Positions 15,888 to 24,313 of a stretch of 29,181 bases of DNA are shown piece after piece (the stretch's first letter is position 1; the number at the start of each line of letters is the position of its first letter). Origin of the DNA: a virus (lineage: Duplodnaviria; Caudoviricetes). The stretch spans positions 1 to 29,181 of the IMG/VR virus record IMGVR_UViG_3300032092_002835. The stretch is one strand, 5' to 3'. The notes under the pieces were generated by a model. That model was given only the letters and a program-made list of their open reading frames with translations, had not been told where the DNA came from and made no database searches. A program made the translations under genes and the position numbers.

Positions 15888-17936
15888 TCATTGCACTGGA
15901 ACCACAACAGGAATTGGAACCAACGGCGGATCCAAAGGCACGTTGTTGAACATAAACATGTTGGATTCTTGTATATACTGTTTGTTTCTAGCTTCGCGCA
16001 TGGCACCAATCAAGGCTTGACCGCCCACTATTGACGTGTCAGCAATTTGTTCCAGGAACTCAGCAGCTTCACAATCAGCAGTCAGTTGTGCATAACCAGC
16101 AAGATTTTGTATGAATGCCATCACACTTGTTTGTTCGCCCGGCGGCAGATCAAAATAATTAATGCCAGCTCGAATCTGCAATGCCTTTTCGTCACTGAGT
16201 GATTGTGCAATTGCAACAAACGCAGTGTTCAATATGGTAGTAGACGCTGGGGCCGCAGCAATCACAGTGCTGATGTCTGCGTTGGCAGTGGCAATATAAG
16301 CTATCATTGCAGCATCGTTGGCAGCAGTCAACATACCAGCATATGTGGCCTTGAGTGCGTTTAGTGTGCCAGCACCGTCAAGTGCTGTGATGGTAGCAGT
16401 GGCTGTGTCAAATGGTGTGGCAATGTTGTTGTAGTCAATTGCTGTGCCCAGTACATCACAAGTGGTAATGGTGCCTTCGGGTCCTGTGCCTGTGGCAATG
16501 TTGTTGGCAAAAAAACTAGTGACAGCAGCAGGAACAGGAGTTGCTAGGTCTTGTACCAGTGGCAGACCCGCCATGGTGCTGAGACCATCCAGTGTGGTAG
16601 GTGACCAGTAAGTGGTATTGCCAATATCTATGCCAGCTGGCACATCTTGTTGAGCACGATAAAACTCAGGCACTGTTTCACCATCAGCAACCAGATCATT
16701 CACAAGATAAGGCTGTGCAGGATCCCAAGATTGATCAGTGTAACCTCTTGCTGTTTCTGCCAATGCTGGCAAAGACGAATTGGCAATGCCTGGAATCTGT
16801 TGCAAGGCAACTTGAATTGCTTTGTTGGCTACTGCATCAGCCTGTGGTATGATTTTTCCCAGTTCGTCGCAACCTGATTGGCTGGGCAAGTAGCTGTTGA
16901 CAATGGGCTGTATGTCGGAGTTCACAGCGCCGGTAGAATTAAATATTGGAACCGATCCATCGGGACTGGGTGTTTGTAAGGTAGCGTAACTAAGGGGAAA
17001 TACCTTGACCGGATCCAGCAAATCACTGAGTGCAACAATGTTGGGAGTTGTTACTTCCAGTATGCTCAAAATCTGTGTCAACTCATCAGCACCAACTGCG
17101 GTCATGGCCAACCAGGCAACTTTTTGTAATCGATCAAATTGATTTGCAGACAGGCCACTGGGATTCAACAAACTCTGAACATTGTTTTGCACTAGATCTC
17201 TAATGTTTGTTCTGGACAACCCAGCATTTGTCAGCGCTTGTTGTAGCACTGGAATTGCTGCATCAGTTATGCCAGCCTGAGCACTGATTTGCTGTATGAG
17301 TCCAGCTGGTGTTCCATACAAGTTTAAATTTGCAAGATTGACCAACTGGCCTTGTTTTTCCAAGTCCACACCAAAATTTTCAATATCAGTATTCACTGTG
17401 CTGATGTCAGCAGTGACTAGTGCATCCATGTTGGTAAACGTTGGTCCAAGATAGGTATTGGCGTTTACTGCTGAGTTTATGTAATCATTGGTAATGCTGA
17501 TAAAACCTTGTACTGTTAAAAATCCCTGAGCAAAGCGGCCTGCGTCACCATTGCCCAGGTAAGCATTGCCTGTTTGTTCGGCCAGGCCAGAAAATCCATA
17601 CGGTGATGTTGGTAGTTCCTGTACCACAACACTGCCAGTGGTAGCAGTTGGGTAAACAAGATTTGTAAATGTACCAATTGGAGCAGCAGGAATACTGTTG
17701 CCCAGAGCCGGACAAGTGGTGCTGCCCATGCTCAACAACGCTGTCAATGTGCTGGTTGTTTTGTATGTTTGTGCAAGATAATAGGCCACAGCGGCCTGGT
17801 ATGCAGTGATCAATGGAGTGGCATTGAATGCTGCCAGTGCTGCGGTAAGAGCACTGGGCAAAGGTTTGAGACCCTGGTTATTGAGCAGTGCAGCACTAGC
17901 AGTGATCTGCAAGGGAGTAAGTATGCTAGCAGCCAT
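15888..17936 (-). CDS. Putative virion structural (tail/baseplate-associated) protein
   Basis: 682 aa, Ala/Thr/Asn-rich and Lys/Arg-poor, TAATG-coupled to the PAAR gene. Contains a small aromatic module shared with the 24313-26076 protein. Confidence 0.55.
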   Translation of the reverse strand: MAASILTPLQITASAALLNNQGLKPLPSALTAALAAFNATPLITAYQAAVAYYLAQTYKTTSTLTALLSMGSTTCPALGNSIPAAPIGTFTNLVYPTATTGSVVVQELPTSPYGFSGLAEQTGNAYLGNGDAGRFAQGFLTVQGFISITNDYINSAVNANTYLGPTFTNMDALVTADISTVNTDIENFGVDLEKQGQLVNLANLNLYGTPAGLIQQISAQAGITDAAIPVLQQALTNAGLSRTNIRDLVQNNVQSLLNPSGLSANQFDRLQKVAWLAMTAVGADELTQILSILEVTTPNIVALSDLLDPVKVFPLSYATLQTPSPDGSVPIFNSTGAVNSDIQPIVNSYLPSQSGCDELGKIIPQADAVANKAIQVALQQIPGIANSSLPALAETARGYTDQSWDPAQPYLVNDLVADGETVPEFYRAQQDVPAGIDIGNTTYWSPTTLDGLSTMAGLPLVQDLATPVPAAVTSFFANNIATGTGPEGTITTCDVLGTAIDYNNIATPFDTATATITALDGAGTLNALKATYAGMLTAANDAAMIAYIATANADISTVIAAAPASTTILNTAFVAIAQSLSDEKALQIRAGINYFDLPPGEQTSVMAFIQNLAGYAQLTADCEAAEFLEQIADTSIVGGQALIGAMREARNKQYIQESNMFMFNNVPLDPPLVPIPVVVPVQ

Positions 17937-18202
17937 TATCCTGCACTCACGTTAGAGCTGCCGCCAGTTCGTGCATGACCACAGGTGTCAGCATTGCCTG
18001 CAACATTGATTGGTGAGCCACCGGCCATGACAGAATCAACACCACCGGCTGTTACTGGTCTATGACTATTTCTACGAGCATGAGGACTCACGCCAGAGCC
18101 ATTGACACTCACAGGAATTCCGTTGATTCGTACAGAGTCAACCCCGCTGGTGATTACGCCACCACCTGAATCCACATCACCCACTCGTTGAACTGCTGGC
18201 AT
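17936..18202 (-). CDS. PAAR-family spike tip protein
   Basis: MPAVQRVGD...SVRINGIPV...SPH...H...SVMAGGSP...CGH...GSSNV: degenerate PAAR repeats with His/Cys metal ligands. Confidence 0.85.
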   Translation of the reverse strand: MPAVQRVGDVDSGGGVITSGVDSVRINGIPVSVNGSGVSPHARRNSHRPVTAGGVDSVMAGGSPINVAGNADTCGHARTGGSSNVSAG

Positions 18203-18203
18203 G

Positions 18204-18509
18204 TTATCCTAGTATAAGTTTCTTGTCTGGTACTTTGATACCAGTGGTTGCTTCTATGTACTTCATTTTGACTGAGTCATCAGTCTTGGATACCAAAGAA
18301 ACGCTGTTGGTATTTAACCGAATTTCTTCCTTGGGATCTGCTGTGAACATGCTGGGCACAAGTCCCATGCCTTGAGGGCCCGGAGCAATACTCACTGGTT
18401 CTTCTAGTGTGATCCAATCTCCGCCGGACTGTTTGACCTTGGCAACCATTTCTTCGCCTGAGTTCAATTTGAACGTGTATACTTGATTGTATTCAAGAGC
18501 TATTTGCAT
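18204..18509 (-). CDS. Conserved phage protein, Sm-like fold candidate
   Basis: YTFKLNSGEEMVAKV...YIEATTGI pattern, common in large myophages. Confidence 0.6.
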   Translation of the reverse strand: MQIALEYNQVYTFKLNSGEEMVAKVKQSGGDWITLEEPVSIAPGPQGMGLVPSMFTADPKEEIRLNTNSVSLVSKTDDSVKMKYIEATTGIKVPDKKLILG

Positions 18510-18730
18510 TATGCTAGTTTCTTTCTGAGTTCTGTAAATCCGCCCACGTGTTCTTCACCCAAGAAGATCTGTGGCAATGTGCGAGCTGTTGGCACAGCTT
18601 CTAGTAGTTGTTCTCGGGTCCAGTCTTGGCTTACATTGCGTTCTTCGTATTCAATGCCACGACTCTCTAAGAGACTCTTGGCTTGAACGCAGTAGGGACA
18701 CTGGTCTTTTGACCATACAATTGCTTTCAT
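18509..18730 (-). CDS. grx: Glutaredoxin
   Basis: CPYC active site, RTLPQIF and VGGF motifs. Confidence 0.95.
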   Translation of the reverse strand: MKAIVWSKDQCPYCVQAKSLLESRGIEYEERNVSQDWTREQLLEAVPTARTLPQIFLGEEHVGGFTELRKKLA

Positions 18731-19183
18731 TTATTTTCCTTCTTTTGATTTGTCGTATGTTTTGGCAAAGATGTCTGCTTTCACAACACCGTAGTCACCA
18801 GGGCCATGTTTCACAATGTAATCATTGTCCTTGGTATATTCTAGATTGCCCCAGCTGGCTTTGACAACACCATCGTGGTCAGCAAGTCGAGCAACCTTCA
18901 TGATCTTTTTGGGTGTTGCTGTGCCATCACCATTGTCGTCGTAGTATGCAGCAAACTTGATGGGACTCACAGGATATTTTTCGCCCTTGGGCCCAGTAAT
19001 GATCTTGTGACCCACTGTGTAGTCCACAGGACCTTCTAGTGTTTGAACTGTGCCGTTGTCAGTGGCAGTTTCATAACTGATAGGGGTTGGGTGTTTGTAG
19101 GTTTGGAAACCGCCGGCATCAAACCAAGCATCATCCACTCGTGGTGCGGTTGCTGCAATAGATTGTCTAATGTCATTGTTCAT
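18731..19183 (-). CDS. PGDYG-family protein with an internal duplication
   Basis: HGPGDYGVVKADIFAKTY; the first repeat is QTLEG...ITGPKGEKYPV...FAAYY. Confidence 0.7.
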   Translation of the reverse strand: MNNDIRQSIAATAPRVDDAWFDAGGFQTYKHPTPISYETATDNGTVQTLEGPVDYTVGHKIITGPKGEKYPVSPIKFAAYYDDNGDGTATPKKIMKVARLADHDGVVKASWGNLEYTKDNDYIVKHGPGDYGVVKADIFAKTYDKSKEGK

Positions 19184-19185
19184 TT

Positions 19186-20286
19186 TTATAGCTCCGGTAG
19201 TGCATCGTAGTCCAGTTGATCACTCATGACTCCGATAACATAATTGGTTGATTCTGTTTCCTGCAAGGCAGATTGTTTCTTGTGTGTGTCCACATGCTTG
19301 TTGAACCAAGGAATAGGAGTTGAACGAGGTGCAGGTTCTTGATATTTGATACCAATTTCTTTTAGTGCGCTCACAGCAGTGTAGTCCACAAAGTCTTTGA
19401 GAATGTTGGCATTGAGACCAATCACTGGTCCTTGGTTGAACAAGTAATCGGCCCAGGATTTTTCTTCACGGATAACATCCAAGTACATTTGATACACTTC
19501 AGCTTCACATTCTTGCTTGGCTCGTGCAAAGCGTGGATCTTCTTTGACCACCTGATTGATAATCCAAGCTGTCCAGTCCTTGTGTAGGATTTCGTCTTGT
19601 AGAATCAAGCTGATGATATTGCCATTACCAATGAAAATTCTGTTCTCAACCATGGCCAAGCTGGTGGCAAAGCTGACCATAAAGCGAAACGCTTCCAGAC
19701 CGTAGCTGGCATTCAGTGCTAACCAGATGGCTTTGATGTGTTCATATTCGTCAAAATCTTCTTGTAGTTCTTTGCGGCAGTTGATCATGTGCAGGCGATC
19801 ATAATACAGGCCAATTGTACTGGCCATTTCAACAATTTCTTTTGTGTCATGGATTGTGCTGAACACATCCTTGGGCACATTGTAGACGTTACGGATGATG
19901 TGACTGTAACTTCTACTGTGAATATTGGTTTCAAAGAATCCCCAGTTGTACATCAGTGCTTCTAATTCAGGAATTGATACCACAGGAGTAAACACCTGTG
20001 TGGGTCCACGACCTTGTAAACTGTCTAGTGCTGTTTGACGCAGCAGGTTACTGGTAAAGATGTGTTTCACTGTGCTGCTGGCTTCCTTGAAGTCGTTGGC
20101 ATCCTTGGTCAAGCTGACTTCTTCGGGCACCCAGAAAAAGCCTCGAGCCTCTTGTTCAAATTTTACAATCTTGTTGTATTTGACTTCTTCAAAGCGTTGA
20201 ATGGTCACAGGACCAGCTGGGTCCAGAAACATCTTGCGATTGAGATAATCTGTTTTTGTTTTTAAATTGTATTGCGCTTGGCTCAT
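19186..20286 (-). CDS. nrdB: Ribonucleotide reductase class Ia beta subunit
   Basis: Start reassigned to MSQAQY (AAGGA RBS). FFWVPEEV, LDSLQGR, ETNIHSRSY (radical Tyr), LEAFRF, DEILH and C-terminal QETESTNY. Confidence 0.95.
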   Translation of the reverse strand: MSQAQYNLKTKTDYLNRKMFLDPAGPVTIQRFEEVKYNKIVKFEQEARGFFWVPEEVSLTKDANDFKEASSTVKHIFTSNLLRQTALDSLQGRGPTQVFTPVVSIPELEALMYNWGFFETNIHSRSYSHIIRNVYNVPKDVFSTIHDTKEIVEMASTIGLYYDRLHMINCRKELQEDFDEYEHIKAIWLALNASYGLEAFRFMVSFATSLAMVENRIFIGNGNIISLILQDEILHKDWTAWIINQVVKEDPRFARAKQECEAEVYQMYLDVIREEKSWADYLFNQGPVIGLNANILKDFVDYTAVSALKEIGIKYQEPAPRSTPIPWFNKHVDTHKKQSALQETESTNYVIGVMSDQLDYDALPEL

Positions 20287-20309
20287 TGGTATTTTCCTTT
20301 TATTTGTTT

Positions 20310-20942
20310 TTATTCGTTCATACGCCATTTGTTTTCCGGCAGGCCATAGTCCCACTTTGGGTCCATTTCAACATTCCATCTGGTGGTAGCGACATTAAAA
20401 TCTGGTATTTTCATTTCTTTGGGATTACTTGCCGGTTCTAAAATAACAACACGATTGTTTGGCTGGGCAGCAAATTGACCGTTGTCACATTTGATAAAGT
20501 TAAAACTTTTGTGATCTTCAACATCTTCACTGTGGCCACAATCTAACACATTAAAATCTGGATGTGCTGAATCAACTGTAAAAAGATATTCTCCTTCTAA
20601 CCAAGATCCATCTTTCATCTTGATTTTACATCTCATATTTGCTATCATTGCTTTTTTAATCACAGTGATGTCATAAGACATGCTGTTCCATAATTGTAAG
20701 AAATCTAAAGGATATGGATCTCCCTCTATGGGTTTCCAACAAAATGCATGCAGTGGAAGTTTGTCATATAGCGCACCATACTGATTTAAATATGATTCAA
20801 TTCTAAATGCTTGACTCCGTTGAGACTTTATCGATATCCACCAACAGGGTTCCAGCTCTCCGTGCCCCTTTTCAAAGTCATAGAGAAATTCCCTACGAAC
20901 AAAACATTTCACTGGTGGCAAATTTGCTACTAAAAAACTCAT
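20310..20942 (-). CDS. Conserved hypothetical protein
   Basis: 210 aa (ANLPP...VRREFLYD...GEYLFTVD...HKSFNFI...NGQFAAQPNNR). Visibly AT-rich relative to the nrd genes. Confidence 0.75.
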   Translation of the reverse strand: MSFLVANLPPVKCFVRREFLYDFEKGHGELEPCWWISIKSQRSQAFRIESYLNQYGALYDKLPLHAFCWKPIEGDPYPLDFLQLWNSMSYDITVIKKAMIANMRCKIKMKDGSWLEGEYLFTVDSAHPDFNVLDCGHSEDVEDHKSFNFIKCDNGQFAAQPNNRVVILEPASNPKEMKIPDFNVATTRWNVEMDPKWDYGLPENKWRMNE

Positions 20943-21566
20943 TTAATATTTTCCTGATGCAAGCACTATCTTGCAAATGTGTTCTAGTCTTTCTATGTGC
21001 TCGTAAGCACGCCACGGACTTGTGTCAATGGCCACTACACCATGTCCTTTGATGCCTACAATGTCGTAAGCAATATTGCCTTCATCGTCTAAGTGTAACA
21101 TAGTGTGGCACTGGTCTGCAAGCTCTTGACTGATGGGAGCCACATCCCCCACATTGGGTGCTACCCGAGTGTAGCGATTCAGTTCCGGAAACTCAGCACT
21201 AACTGTGCTCAAATCGATGCCAGCATGCATGGCCGCTATACAGTAGGTTGGATGTAGGTGAACCACTACTCGCACTTCATTACGGTGCTGACCCATTTTT
21301 CGCTGTAGTCCAAGGTGCAGGGGTAGTTCGCCCGACGGTTTAAGATTGGCACTGATATCAGTGTATGGCTGCTCTTCCCACAACATACTGCCAACAATAC
21401 GAATCTTCTTGAACTGGTCTGGTTGTAGTGTTTGTTTACGCACACCGCTGGGTGTGATATAAAAATGGTCACGGTCGTGATGACGAATACTCACATTGCC
21501 ATCACGACTGGTAATCCAATTGCGTTTATACGCATCCAACATCACATCACAAATGGTTTCTAACAT
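20943..21566 (-). CDS. Class II aldolase/adducin family protein (FucA/AraD/MtnB-like)
   Basis: DGNVS, ITPSG, PSGELPLH, Zn-binding VHLHP and GHGVV motifs, and ERLEHIC. Confidence 0.9.
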   Translation of the reverse strand: MLETICDVMLDAYKRNWITSRDGNVSIRHHDRDHFYITPSGVRKQTLQPDQFKKIRIVGSMLWEEQPYTDISANLKPSGELPLHLGLQRKMGQHRNEVRVVVHLHPTYCIAAMHAGIDLSTVSAEFPELNRYTRVAPNVGDVAPISQELADQCHTMLHLDDEGNIAYDIVGIKGHGVVAIDTSPWRAYEHIERLEHICKIVLASGKY

Positions 21567-23884
21567 TATAGTTTACAACTTTCGCAATCTTCTTGATCAT
21601 CAAAGTCAATCACTTCCAATGGTGCTTCAGGTTCGTCTTGGCCTTTGCTACCTTGTTTGTTGATCAGGCTGTAGTAGAAAGTTTTCAAACCCCAGTAGTG
21701 TGACTGCATCAAGTTACGAGCAATCAGGGTGGTGGGCACTTTACGATCTGCAAAGTGTGCAGGATTGTAAAAGGTGTTGGTGCTAATGCTTTGGTCCACA
21801 TAGGCTGCCAATACAGCAGCAGTTTTCAAGTAGCCGTCGCAATCTTTTTGTGCCCACATCAGTTGATATTTGTTTTTCAAACGGTTGTACTCGGGTGCTA
21901 CTTGAATCAAACTGCCAGCCTTACTTTCTTTCACAGTGATCAGACTCATGGGCATTTCGATGCCGTTGGTTGAGTTGATGGCCACTGAACTGGATTCAAC
22001 AGGAGCAATTGCTCCATTGGTAGCATTACGAACTCCGCTGACTTTCATTCTAGCACGAAGTGTTTCCCATTCAAGTTCAGGAGTAAAATCAGTCAGTTCG
22101 TTTACACCTACTGCACGAAGTTCCCAGGGAAACTGTCCTTGTCCATAGCGTGTGTGATCACTGCCTTCACATCGTCCTCGTTCCTCTGCCAATTCAACAC
22201 TCATTTCAGTTAGATAATATGTTTGGTGCTCCATCCAGGTTTTGACTTCGGCTAGAGCCTCCTTCTCACCGTACCTGAGGCTTCGCTTGGCGTGCCAGTA
22301 GGCAAGGTTGGTGATACCGATTCCAAGCGGTCTGATTTCGTCATTGCTGAGTTTAGACTGGATGGAAAGAAAGTCTTGATAGTCAAGAATGTTATTGAGG
22401 CTACGATGCAGTATACGGCAAGCCCTGCGCATATCTTCTGGGTTACGGAACGCACCCCAATTGATTGAACCCAGGGTGCAAAGTGCGATACGACCAGTAT
22501 CGTCATCCAGACGTTTAAAGGACTTAGTAGGTAAAAGTATTTCACAGCAAAGGTTACTCTGGTAAATGGTATGGTATTCGGGATCAAAAGGACCCTGCTT
22601 CATCACATTGTCAATGAACACAAGATAGATACGTCCTGTATCAGTGCGCTCTTTGAGAATGCCTGATTTGAACACTTCTTCTGCGCTCATGGTCTTTTTG
22701 CGTAGATCAGACTGCTTTTCGTATTTCACATACAGTTCTTCAAACAACTCAGTATTGCTGTAGAATGCTTGATACAGATCTGGAACTTGGTTGGGATCAA
22801 AGAAAGTTATGTCTTGTTTGTTCTTGAATCGTCTCCAGAAGAAAGCACTAAGCACAACCCCATAATCCATATGACGGACTCGGGTTTCTTCTGTTCCTTG
22901 GTTGTTTTTAAGCACAATAAGATCATCAAACTGATGATGCCAAATAGGATAAAATACAGTAGCACTTGCATTACGAATACCTCCTTGTGAGCATGAGCGC
23001 AAATCTCCAAACCACTTCTTTAAGAATGGAATCATACCTGTGTGCATGATCTCACCGCCCCGGATGGGCGAACCTAGTGGACGCAATCTACCAATCTCTA
23101 GCCCAATGCCAGCTCGTTTGCTGGCATACTTGGCCATCATCTCGCCCGAAGCAAATATGCTATCCAGGTCATCATCGCTGCGTATAAGAACACAACTTGA
23201 AAATTGCTTTGTAGGAGTGCCCAGTCCAGCAAGTACAGGAGTAGCAAGAGTAAAGAGACCGTCTGAAGCTGCGTTGTAATATTCTTTGATGTAGCGCATT
23301 CTCGCTGTGTTCGGTTCTTCTGAGTGAAATACAGTAGCGGCCGCGACCATGTATCTAATTTGTGGAGTTTCATAAATTTGTCCTGATGAGCGGTTTTTAA
23401 CTAGATATTTTTCAATCAGTTGTTCTATGGCAGCATAGCCGTACAATTCATCTTTGCTGTGGTCAATGAAAGAATCCATGCGATTCCAGTCGTCTTCGGT
23501 GTACCACTCCAGCAGTTCAGGAGTGTACAGGCCGGTGGCCACATTCTTTTTTACAATCGTGTACAGTGATGGCACATCATAGCAGCCATACACATCTTTT
23601 CTCAACATGCTAAGACGCTGTTTACCTGCCACGTATTGGTAATTGGTATGACCTACATCCGGGTTTGATTCCACGTCAATCAAGTCTACAATTGCTCTGA
23701 GTGTGATACCGTCAATTTCTTTGGTGGTAATGCCATCATAAAAGTGCAATTGCGCCTTGATCTCTACCATGCTTTGACTTACATCTGCTATTCCTTGACA
23801 TACTTTTGCTACCTGGGTTTGCCATTTTTCGATAGCCAGTGGCTCACGCTGCCCCGAGCGCTTTTGTACCGTTATAATTTTCAT
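21566..23884 (-). CDS. nrdA: Ribonucleotide reductase class Ia alpha subunit
   Basis: N-terminal ATP cone (VQKRSG), QFSSCVL, SQGGIR, SNLCCEI, LCTLG, GLKTFYY and C-terminal CESC. Confidence 0.97.
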   Translation of the reverse strand: MKIITVQKRSGQREPLAIEKWQTQVAKVCQGIADVSQSMVEIKAQLHFYDGITTKEIDGITLRAIVDLIDVESNPDVGHTNYQYVAGKQRLSMLRKDVYGCYDVPSLYTIVKKNVATGLYTPELLEWYTEDDWNRMDSFIDHSKDELYGYAAIEQLIEKYLVKNRSSGQIYETPQIRYMVAAATVFHSEEPNTARMRYIKEYYNAASDGLFTLATPVLAGLGTPTKQFSSCVLIRSDDDLDSIFASGEMMAKYASKRAGIGLEIGRLRPLGSPIRGGEIMHTGMIPFLKKWFGDLRSCSQGGIRNASATVFYPIWHHQFDDLIVLKNNQGTEETRVRHMDYGVVLSAFFWRRFKNKQDITFFDPNQVPDLYQAFYSNTELFEELYVKYEKQSDLRKKTMSAEEVFKSGILKERTDTGRIYLVFIDNVMKQGPFDPEYHTIYQSNLCCEILLPTKSFKRLDDDTGRIALCTLGSINWGAFRNPEDMRRACRILHRSLNNILDYQDFLSIQSKLSNDEIRPLGIGITNLAYWHAKRSLRYGEKEALAEVKTWMEHQTYYLTEMSVELAEERGRCEGSDHTRYGQGQFPWELRAVGVNELTDFTPELEWETLRARMKVSGVRNATNGAIAPVESSSVAINSTNGIEMPMSLITVKESKAGSLIQVAPEYNRLKNKYQLMWAQKDCDGYLKTAAVLAAYVDQSISTNTFYNPAHFADRKVPTTLIARNLMQSHYWGLKTFYYSLINKQGSKGQDEPEAPLEVIDFDDQEDCESCKL

Positions 23885-23887
23885 TCT

Positions 23888-24313
23888 TTACCTTATTTGT
23901 TGTTTTAATTTGCTCTGACAGATGCTGTGTAGGGGATGTCTCGGCGCTGGATTGATATTTACGATTTGTTCCTGGTCCCAATTAAGTATATATTTCTTTT
24001 GAGGTACAAGGACTAAATTGTCGCTGCCACATTCGATTAGCTCACAGTCCTGAAGATCAGAACGATCTAGTATAGTAATAGTATACAGTATTCCCAGTCC
24101 GCGAGCAAGAGGACAATACATATTGTCGCTCAAAAGCTGCCAAGGATCTGGCCAATTGTCACAATCATCCCAGTGCAAGTGATATGCTTTCCAAGGGATT
24201 TTGAACCACCATGCGTTGATCATGGCCACCGCAGAGTCTAGATCGGCTGCGGCAGCCTGCAGTCTAAGATTGTTCCAAGACTCCAGTCGATCGGCAAAAT
24301 TTTTAGGCCACAT
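23888..24313 (-). CDS. Hypothetical phage protein
   Basis: 141 aa from the ATG at 24313 (TGATG overlap); Trp-rich WPDPWQLL...YCPLARGLG. Confidence 0.7.
   Translation of the reverse strand: MWPKNFADRLESWNNLRLQAAAADLDSAVAMINAWWFKIPWKAYHLHWDDCDNWPDPWQLLSDNMYCPLARGLGILYTITILDRSDLQDCELIECGSDNLVLVPQKKYILNWDQEQIVNINPAPRHPLHSICQSKLKQQIR

Noticed and set aside
20310-20942. Homing endonuclease or intron between nrdA and nrdB
   Set aside because: No HNH, GIY-YIG or LAGLIDADG motif is visible. nrdA and nrdB are each full-length and uninterrupted, with no intein signature.
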